Positions 56,581 to 64,000 of a stretch of 64,000 bases of DNA are shown here, piece after piece; the stretch's first letter is position 1, and every line of letters begins with the position of its first letter. Both the position numbers and the translations under genes were made by a program. Source of the DNA: Bradyrhizobiaceae bacterium (GTDB lineage: Bacteria > Bacteroidota > Ignavibacteria > Kapaibacteriales > Kapaibacteriaceae). The notes under the pieces were generated by a model. It ran no database searches. It worked only from the letters and a program-made list of their open reading frames with translations, and was not told where the DNA came from. The stretch spans positions 9,684-73,683 of the forward strand of contig JAGFIZ010000036.1 in NCBI GenBank assembly GCA_024103135.1, in the 5' to 3' direction.

Positions 56581-59500
56581 GTGACCGATCGCGGATCTCT
56601 GCAACGACGTTGTGTCTTTGTTCTTGCCTGTGCCATGGTCGTCGGTACGTTTTCCCTGCGTGCCCAGACTGACACGGTAAGTCAGAAGCCCAAACAAGAC
56701 AGCAGCGTCGTTCTGGACTTTGGAGACCCAACAAATACAGACTTGCCAACCCTTGGTCCGAAGCTGGACGTAAACAGGAGGCGGCTCGTTAGGGGGAGGA
56801 CTACGCCCAATCGCCCGCTTCCGAGTGGTTTTGAACTTCGGGGGAGTGTAGACTCGCTATTGCGGTCAATTCGACTAGGAGAGTCCGTAAATGGACTCGA
56901 CGTTGGTACGAGTTACTCCATGGGGTTGGACGATTACCTCAAGTTGAAGAGGGATGCCATAGCATGGGATCTTCGTGACTCGGCGACAACGGCCTACGAG
57001 CTCAAGAAGATGCTTTCGGAAAGTGAGTTGTTGAAGCTTCTGGATCAGGCAACAAACCTGACCATACCGCTACCGCCAAGTCCGCTCTTCGGCATCTTCG
57101 GCAAGCCGGAAATCAACATCAACGTCAATGGCGAGGTTAACGTTCGTGCAGGCTGGCGATGGGATACCCAGAACCTTGGTACGGCTTCTGTTCTTGGTCA
57201 GACGCAGTCATCGCCAATCTTCAATCAAAACATTCAGGTGAATGTGAGTGCACGGGTTGGCGAAAAGTTCAAGTTCAACGTAGACTGGAACACGCTTAAC
57301 CAGTTTGAGTTCAATAATCGCTTCAAGGTCGGATACGAGGGGTACGACGACGATATCGTGAAGCGCGTCGAGTTTGGCAATGTGAACATGGAGACCAATA
57401 GCACGCTCATCGGAGGTGGGCAGACGCTGTTTGGTGTTCGGGCAGACTTCCAGTTTGGTCCACTCTACCTTAAGACCATTGCCTCGCAACGTCGTGCAGA
57501 GCGGCAGATGATCAATGCTTCTGGTGGTACGTCAAGGCAATTCTTTACGGTTCGTGCCTACGATTATGCTCGCAACCACTTCTTTATCGACACGGCATAC
57601 TTCGAGGTCTGGGATGCGTATTTCAAGTCGGTGACCCCGGTACTCCCGCCGCAGTACTCACACCTTGTCGTTAAGGAGATCGAAGTCTGGGAGAGTACCA
57701 CCGAGCTTACACAGGTACAAGCTAACGAGGCCATTGCCTATGCCGACCTCCATCCCATCCGCTATGCGCAGGGCGAGCGTTATCCTGATGCTTTGAAAAG
57801 TGCCAGCATCAAAGCCGGCGAGATAGAGCGAGGACGATTTACCCGACTCGACCCAAAGCGGTATGAGGTTGACATGAACCTTGGTACCGTTACCGTGCTC
57901 AACATGCGTACTGACCGCTACTATGCTGTTTCATATCGATATGAGGGCGAAAACCCACTCACCGATAGTGACGACTTGTATGTAGGGACGCTGTCAAAGA
58001 ATGCCGCGGAAAAGGACACCATCCTATTGAAGTTGATTTCCCGTCAGCAAATGCAACCAGGATTCACTACCCTGTGGAAGCGACTGATGAAGAACGTGTA
58101 CAGTCTTGGCGTTTCGAACATCAACCCGACGGATGCGAACATCGGCATGTGGTACTATCGGAATACCAACGACTCAACGGACGTGCTCGAAGGTGCGCCG
58201 GACAAGATCGTGACCATCTTCCGCATCGACCAGATCACCAATGGTACAGGTACGGCGCCCCCTGACGGAAATTTTGATGCCAGACCACCAGTCTTCAATG
58301 CTGCTAGGGGAGAGATCATCTTTCCTAGTCTAGAGCCATTTAGAGATGGGCTTCGTCAGTACTTCGCCAGCAAGGGTAATCCCCAGTTGGCCGAACAATA
58401 CGTGTTCAACGAGGTGTATGACACAACCGATCAGGCAGCCCGTCTGAATAGTGCCAAGGACCGATTCCTCATCGTAGGTCAAGCATCAGGAACAGCGTCG
58501 GGAAGTCGCATACCATTGGCCTACAACACGGCACCTGGATCGGTGAAGGTGCGTCTGGATGGACAAGAGCTCCGCGAGGGTGTTGACTATTCGGTTGACT
58601 ATTACGGTGGGTCGCTTACCCTGCTTAACGCGCGAGCAATGCTACCCAACGCCAACCTACAGGTAGAGTACGAGAAGAATGACATCTTCAACCTCAGTAC
58701 TCGAACCCTGCTTGGCGTTAGAGCTGATTATCAACTGTTCAAAAGCCGGAATCTTACAAGTCGGCTTGGCATGACGCTGATGAGCTATGATCAGGCAGCA
58801 CTGGTGGACCGTGTTCAACCCGGACAGGAGCCAAATGCCAACACCATGTTTGGATTCGATGGTGACATCAATGCGACATTGCCATGGCTTACTAGATTGA
58901 TTGACGACTTGCCCTTCCTTGACACGAAGGTCAAGAGCTCATTCTCCATGAAGGGCGAGTGGGCCATGGTCAACCCCGAGCCAAACAAGCGCTACAGTAA
59001 CGTCACCTCGGACGGTGGACAACCGGTTGCCTACGTAGATGATTTTGAAGGTGCGCGGCGTCAGCTAAGCTTTGGTCTTACACCAGGGATGTGGACGCAG
59101 TCGAGTCCGTTCCCCGATGAAACAAAGTGGGACAGCGATACTATTGCTCGAGACTTCAGAGGGCGAGCATTCTGGTATCAGAAGTTCGTGCCCGACGTGC
59201 CACAGCAAGACGTATATCCAAACCGTGCACAACGCCTAGGTCAAACCAACATCAATCCCATTCGCATTGTCTTTGATCCAAGAAAACGTGGCGTCTATAA
59301 CATGAACCCGCAGTTCCTGGATGAAGAGAATCCGCGATGGAACGACCCTGACTCGCTTACCGTTCGTGCCGAGACACAGCAGTTCTTTGATCAGAACGGA
59401 GAACGCATCTGGGGTGGTATGATGCGTCTCCTCTCGCCATTCAACTCAAACTTCGATAACGATAACGTAGACTTCATCGAAGTGATGATGAGAATCGAAT

Positions 59501-62500
59501 CGTACGAACCCGGTTCGAAGATGTACATAGACCTCGGGCAGATCTCCGAAGACGTTATCCCGAATCAACGCCTAAACACCGAAGACAAGTTCCCGCCCAA
59601 CAACCTGATGGATCAAGGCGAAGACACTGGCTTGGACACCATGTTCAATGCTGAAGAACAGCAAGTCTATCCCGATCCTCTAAACAGAGAAGCGGACCCA
59701 GCCCGTGACGACTATCACTTTGACTTCAGTGCCAACCGGCAAACACAGCAGGAAAGTCAGTTCGTACGTTACAACCTCTATGAGAACAACTCAACACAAA
59801 GCGAGCTGGGTCAGTTTCCCGATACCGAAATCCTGAATAAGAACAACGGTCAGACCATCATGTTGGACAACAGCTACTTCAGGTATGAAGTCAAGCTGGA
59901 ACCAAATCCCAACACCAATCCACAGATTGTTGGGGGTAACCCCGACAAAGGATGGTTCCAGTTCCGGATACCTGTGCGCAGGCCAGATGCAATTGTTGGA
60001 AATCCGTTGTTCACGAACATTCAATACGTCCGTATTGCCTTCTCAGGTGGCCACGTCAAGCTCTCGATTGCTGACTGGGGTGTAGTTGGTGCCTACTGGT
60101 TGCGTCGGCACAACTTCCAACCAGGTGTTCCGGAAGACGACAGTGTGCTTGCCGTAACATTCGTTAACCGCGAAGAACATTCCAGCGCACCTGACTTCTA
60201 CACCATGCCACCAGGTGTGCAGCCTCCACAACAGTTGCAGAATCCAGATCCGTTCTCGAATCTTTACATGAACGAACAGTCGCTTCGGCTTGACGTTCGC
60301 AGTCTACGATACGGTGAAGAGCGCATGGCTGCACGGAAGTACACTCCTTGGGATTTGTTCTATTACAAGCAATTGGCCTTCTTCTTCCATGGCGACAATA
60401 CCATGCCGGACAGAGAAGCCGATGGAGCAACACCGCCTGCATACTGCTTTATTCGCTTTGGCGTCGACTCGGCCAACTATTATGAGATGCGTAGACCATT
60501 GCTTAGAGGTTGGCAGGATCTCCGCATTATTCTGTCTGATCTTACGGCCATCAAGGAGATCAGAGATGCAACGCGAATCAATGAACGACAAGAGTTCCCT
60601 GTCCCAGGGGACCCACGTGCCCGTTTCGCAATCAAGGGGAGTCCGATACTCACGCGTGTATCGTTCTTTGGTTTTGGTATTGCCAATCCGGCCGAGCGCT
60701 ATCCAAACGAACTCTCGACTACGCTGTGGGTAGACGAACTACGCGTTGTGGAACCTGTGAGAGATAAGGATTGGGCAGCTATCGGTTCGACAACCATGAA
60801 CTTTGCTGACCTTGGTGATATGTCGGCAAGCATCAACCATAGCACGCCGAACTTCCACCGACTGGAAGAGCGATTCGGTAACCGTAGTCAGGTAACGTCC
60901 TGGAACGTTACGATGAACGGTTCGCTGGAGAAGCTTCTACCGAAGGAGATGAAGAGTGCGAAGATCCCGATAACCTACACGCACAATGAGTTTCTTCAGC
61001 ATCCTCTCTACCAAGCCCAGAACGACGTTTCGCTCGATGCAGCAGCAGATGCTGCACGTCGGGATACCTTGGCGAAGGGGGCTTCGATAGAAACAGCAAA
61101 CGAAGCAGCTCGTTATATCGAGCAGCGATCTGAGACCCTTAAGGTTCAGGACCAATGGGCCATTACCGGTCTGAAACTAGGGTTGCCGTCTACGGCGTGG
61201 TACTTGGACGATACCTTCAATAAACTCACGTTCAACTACAACTACTCGCAAGAGTATCAGCGGTCCCAGGTAGTGGCGAATAAGTTTATGTGGCGATGGC
61301 AGTTTAGGATGGACTATGCCGTGACGATTCCGAACAAGTTGAATGTAAGTCCACTCAAGTTCCTCGACGGTGTGTTTGGATTGAAGGCCTATAAGGACAT
61401 GAAGGTGAACTTCCTTCCTCAGAATTTCACGGCAAACGTTGGCTTTGAGCGCGCACGGACAACAGAACAAAACCGTTATCTCAGCTTTGCAAGCCCAATA
61501 GTGCGAGAGTTTATCGGAACTCAGACCTTTGGATTTAACTGGCGTCTAATCGAGAATGGTTTCCTAAGTCCAACGATTGACTACAAGGTCACCAACACAA
61601 CCACACTGGTTCCGTTGGAGCTTGACGAGAACGGAAATCAACGATCCGGTTCGGAATTGTTCAGCCAGATGTTCTTCACTAATGGAAGCGTGTTCAACTT
61701 CGGGAATACTGGTTCATACCAACAGGTTGTAACATTTACCATGCGACCTAGGTTGCCTGCAATTGCGAACCTTGATCGACTGATTGAGACATCAGCTTCA
61801 TATTCTTCGACCTTCCGACTCGTTGACCCACTCCAGCCCGACCCAGCGCAGCACGACATTGTCCGCTCCGGAGTAGTGAACTCTCAGCTTCGTATCAGTC
61901 CGATTCTCCGGTGGAAACAGTTAGGAACGGAACTGTTTGGACCAATCAAATACACGGAAGGGGATGGACTGGGCACCGTCGGTACAGTGCTCAAGGACAT
62001 CTTCTTCGGGTTTGACAATTTCACCTTCTTGTTCTCACAGGTGAACAACTCCAATAACGGTGGTATCATGGGCGGCACGGGGTTCTCGAACTTCTGGGCA
62101 CGGACGATGACGTTTAGGAGCAATGAGCCAATGTGGGGACCAAGCACACCGTACCAGCTGGGCTGGACGTATGACCCTCATGGCGGTATCGGTCTAGCTG
62201 GTTCTAGTGCCTTCCCATTCTTCAAGTTCGTCACCACCCCAGGAAAGCGTCCACCTAACGGTGTAATGATGGACAACTACGACAGTAAAACGTCGCTTAC
62301 CTTCCAAACCAACCGTCCGCTCTGGCCTGGTGCAACGCTAGACCTTACGGCGAAGACAGACGTGGGCTACTCACTACAACAGCGCGTTATCACCAATGCC
62401 AATGGTGATCCGACGTTCACCAATGTAAACAAACGTCAGACGATTGAACGGTCGTTCATCAGCCTGCCATTCTTCTTCACGAACGACAATGTCGACCATG

Positions 62501-63306
62501 TACTGGAGCTATACAGTCAACGCCGCAATGCAATCCTAGCCACGGCCGATACCAACAAGCGCAACGCGATGTTGTTACAGGCTCTCAATGAAAGTTTTGT
62601 TGAAGGCTTTGAGAGTCTGCAGCTCTTTGGAGGTGAAGCTGCCAAGATTATGCCTGCGATAAACTGGACGTTACGGTGGGACGGCATCGAAAAGCTATGG
62701 GGACTTCGCGACATTGCCCAACGCATCTACTTGGAGCATGCCTACCAGAGTACCTACAAAGAGAATGCAACGATAACCGACAACGGACGTGTGGTAGACA
62801 TTCAGGAAATCCGTACTGGGTTCCAGCCGTTGGTAGGGGTCAACATGAGCTTCGATGAGAAGCGCCTCAACGGACTTCTCACGGCAACCGTTCGGTATAG
62901 CATAACGGAAGCACATTCCTTAGCCGGATCGGCACGATCCACCATTCAAAAAGAGAACACCCATGAGCTGCAGGTTCAGGCCTCCTACCTCCGTAGGGGA
63001 ATGAGCTTGAATCTGCTCGGTCTCGAATTAAAGAACGACATTGAGTTTACCTTCCTCACACAGTTGCGCAAAAACATCCAGTCGCGTATTGAGGTTGACG
63101 AGTATCCATCACAGCAGGCACGAACGGTGAACGGTCAAACACAGATCACCATCGAGCCGCGTGCCCGGTACACGGTGAGCAATCGTGTGACTGCTTCGGC
63201 CTTTGTTCGCTACGAAGGAAATTTCACCGAGGGGGCCTCTACCCCTGGCTACAGCACTACGCAGGTCGGCGTGGATATTCGGCTGTCGATATCTGGCGGA
63301 CGCTAG
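56581..63306 (+). CDS. sprA: T9SS outer-membrane translocon SprA/Sov-like protein (2241 aa)
   Basis: It has a signal peptide, very large size and beta-rich composition. The N-terminal block KVGYEGYDDDIVKRVEFGNVNMETNSTLIGGGQTLFGVRADFQFG closely resembles the conserved SprA block (EYTGYEDEIIKKIEAGNVS...SLFGIKTQLQFG) as I recall it. Confidence 0.75.
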   Translation: MTDRGSLQRRCVFVLACAMVVGTFSLRAQTDTVSQKPKQDSSVVLDFGDPTNTDLPTLGPKLDVNRRRLVRGRTTPNRPLPSGFELRGSVDSLLRSIRLGESVNGLDVGTSYSMGLDDYLKLKRDAIAWDLRDSATTAYELKKMLSESELLKLLDQATNLTIPLPPSPLFGIFGKPEININVNGEVNVRAGWRWDTQNLGTASVLGQTQSSPIFNQNIQVNVSARVGEKFKFNVDWNTLNQFEFNNRFKVGYEGYDDDIVKRVEFGNVNMETNSTLIGGGQTLFGVRADFQFGPLYLKTIASQRRAERQMINASGGTSRQFFTVRAYDYARNHFFIDTAYFEVWDAYFKSVTPVLPPQYSHLVVKEIEVWESTTELTQVQANEAIAYADLHPIRYAQGERYPDALKSASIKAGEIERGRFTRLDPKRYEVDMNLGTVTVLNMRTDRYYAVSYRYEGENPLTDSDDLYVGTLSKNAAEKDTILLKLISRQQMQPGFTTLWKRLMKNVYSLGVSNINPTDANIGMWYYRNTNDSTDVLEGAPDKIVTIFRIDQITNGTGTAPPDGNFDARPPVFNAARGEIIFPSLEPFRDGLRQYFASKGNPQLAEQYVFNEVYDTTDQAARLNSAKDRFLIVGQASGTASGSRIPLAYNTAPGSVKVRLDGQELREGVDYSVDYYGGSLTLLNARAMLPNANLQVEYEKNDIFNLSTRTLLGVRADYQLFKSRNLTSRLGMTLMSYDQAALVDRVQPGQEPNANTMFGFDGDINATLPWLTRLIDDLPFLDTKVKSSFSMKGEWAMVNPEPNKRYSNVTSDGGQPVAYVDDFEGARRQLSFGLTPGMWTQSSPFPDETKWDSDTIARDFRGRAFWYQKFVPDVPQQDVYPNRAQRLGQTNINPIRIVFDPRKRGVYNMNPQFLDEENPRWNDPDSLTVRAETQQFFDQNGERIWGGMMRLLSPFNSNFDNDNVDFIEVMMRIESYEPGSKMYIDLGQISEDVIPNQRLNTEDKFPPNNLMDQGEDTGLDTMFNAEEQQVYPDPLNREADPARDDYHFDFSANRQTQQESQFVRYNLYENNSTQSELGQFPDTEILNKNNGQTIMLDNSYFRYEVKLEPNPNTNPQIVGGNPDKGWFQFRIPVRRPDAIVGNPLFTNIQYVRIAFSGGHVKLSIADWGVVGAYWLRRHNFQPGVPEDDSVLAVTFVNREEHSSAPDFYTMPPGVQPPQQLQNPDPFSNLYMNEQSLRLDVRSLRYGEERMAARKYTPWDLFYYKQLAFFFHGDNTMPDREADGATPPAYCFIRFGVDSANYYEMRRPLLRGWQDLRIILSDLTAIKEIRDATRINERQEFPVPGDPRARFAIKGSPILTRVSFFGFGIANPAERYPNELSTTLWVDELRVVEPVRDKDWAAIGSTTMNFADLGDMSASINHSTPNFHRLEERFGNRSQVTSWNVTMNGSLEKLLPKEMKSAKIPITYTHNEFLQHPLYQAQNDVSLDAAADAARRDTLAKGASIETANEAARYIEQRSETLKVQDQWAITGLKLGLPSTAWYLDDTFNKLTFNYNYSQEYQRSQVVANKFMWRWQFRMDYAVTIPNKLNVSPLKFLDGVFGLKAYKDMKVNFLPQNFTANVGFERARTTEQNRYLSFASPIVREFIGTQTFGFNWRLIENGFLSPTIDYKVTNTTTLVPLELDENGNQRSGSELFSQMFFTNGSVFNFGNTGSYQQVVTFTMRPRLPAIANLDRLIETSASYSSTFRLVDPLQPDPAQHDIVRSGVVNSQLRISPILRWKQLGTELFGPIKYTEGDGLGTVGTVLKDIFFGFDNFTFLFSQVNNSNNGGIMGGTGFSNFWARTMTFRSNEPMWGPSTPYQLGWTYDPHGGIGLAGSSAFPFFKFVTTPGKRPPNGVMMDNYDSKTSLTFQTNRPLWPGATLDLTAKTDVGYSLQQRVITNANGDPTFTNVNKRQTIERSFISLPFFFTNDNVDHVLELYSQRRNAILATADTNKRNAMLLQALNESFVEGFESLQLFGGEAAKIMPAINWTLRWDGIEKLWGLRDIAQRIYLEHAYQSTYKENATITDNGRVVDIQEIRTGFQPLVGVNMSFDEKRLNGLLTATVRYSITEAHSLAGSARSTIQKENTHELQVQASYLRRGMSLNLLGLELKNDIEFTFLTQLRKNIQSRIEVDEYPSQQARTVNGQTQITIEPRARYTVSNRVTASAFVRYEGNFTEGASTPGYSTTQVGVDIRLSISGGR

Positions 63307-63345
63307 CGTGGAACGTGCATGAAACACGTGAACACGGCTCGGTTG

Positions 63346-63353
63346 TAAGTTTG
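63346..63353 (+). promoter_or_regulatory. -7 promoter box TAAGTTTG
   Basis: It matches TAnnTTTG exactly, 60 nt upstream of the NUDIX gene ATG. Confidence 0.35.
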
Positions 63354-63412
63354 TATGGTTGCCTATCTCTCAGGCCATTTCCGTCAACTCCTCCACTTTC
63401 CACTAACCGAGC

Positions 63413-63991
63413 ATGAGCGTTCCTTCATGGACAACAATTAGCAAGTCAGTCGAGCAGGACTGGCTTGTTATGAAGCTACGTTCGGAGCGACGTATGCATG
63501 CCGAAGATGGGCGTGAAGGAACATTTACTGTGGCCAGCGCTCCGCTATGGGTGAACATCTTACCAATCACTGAAGACGGTGAGATTGTTCTTGTTGAACA
63601 GTTCCGACACGGAACGGGATCTACAACTTTTGAGATCCCTGGAGGGGTTGTTCATGCCGACGAAGATCCCCGGCTGGCAGCAGAACGCGAGTGCAGAGAG
63701 GAAACTGGCTGGGCTGGAACAGGCGACGCAGAGTTACTAGGCATCGTCGACCCCAATCCAGCATTCATGGAGAATCAGTGCAGGGTGTATGTGTGGACAG
63801 GATGCAGTAAGACACAAATGCAGGATCTTGATCCGTTGGAAGACATTGTCGTCCACACCGTTTCACTGCATGAATTTCTGCGGTTGGTAGAACAAGGAAC
63901 AATTCGACATTCACTTGTGCTCAGTGCCGTAGCGCTAGCACTCATCAAATCCCGCATACCGTCGGGGAACATAGGGGCTCATAATGGCTAA
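63413..63991 (+). CDS. NUDIX hydrolase (ADP-ribose pyrophosphatase-like)
   Basis: The Nudix box GGVVHADEDPRLAAERECREETGW is present. Confidence 0.85.
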   Translation: MSVPSWTTISKSVEQDWLVMKLRSERRMHAEDGREGTFTVASAPLWVNILPITEDGEIVLVEQFRHGTGSTTFEIPGGVVHADEDPRLAAERECREETGWAGTGDAELLGIVDPNPAFMENQCRVYVWTGCSKTQMQDLDPLEDIVVHTVSLHEFLRLVEQGTIRHSLVLSAVALALIKSRIPSGNIGAHNG

Positions 63992-64000
63992 GGTTATCGC

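Noticed and set aside
1-64000. CRISPR arrays, IS elements, transposases, prophage genes, rRNA, and toxin-antitoxin pairs.
   Set aside because: No spaced direct repeats, terminal inverted repeats, DDE/tyrosine-recombinase motifs or small paired ORFs typical of toxin-antitoxin modules were seen. The gene content is overwhelmingly core housekeeping.

Overview
This 64-kb window is a chromosomal, mostly housekeeping segment from a Gram-negative bacterium. The lineage looks like Bacteroidota/FCB. That inference rests on a SprA-like T9SS translocon, TAnnTTTG -7 promoter boxes in many intergenic gaps, tandem GT9 LPS-core genes and cbb3-oxidase maturation genes. I support about 54 protein genes plus one tRNA-Ser(GCU). 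I saw no rRNA, CRISPR, transposase, integrase or prophage signal. Recognisable genes are ccoG/fixH/cytochrome c, 2-oxoacid dehydrogenase E1 alpha/beta, aspS, tyrS, smpB, mutS, hslO, pta, a purine nucleoside phosphorylase, ugd, uvrC, holB, rpmG, lon, infC-rpmI-rplT-pheS, rimO, coaD, rsmD, comEA, hrcA-grpE-dnaJ and sprA. The parts worth a second look are: (1) a translationally coupled RavA/MoxR-like AAA+ ATPase plus VWA protein with atypical architecture and no obvious client; (2) a 1280-aa secreted VWA / beta-propeller / Ig-like protein ending in an apparent outer-membrane beta-barrel; (3) an overlapping four-gene operon of giant BamD/YbgF-type TPR protein, plug-less TonB-box beta-barrel, SPOR protein and TonB-C protein; (4) strong over-representation of the octamer AGGGGGCT/AGCCCCCT in all frames and both orientations; (5) a GH2-like periplasmic domain fused to a six-TM module, directly upstream of hrcA-grpE-dnaJ and divergent from sprA. 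All calls come from reading the ORF translations and DNA by eye. No database search was run.
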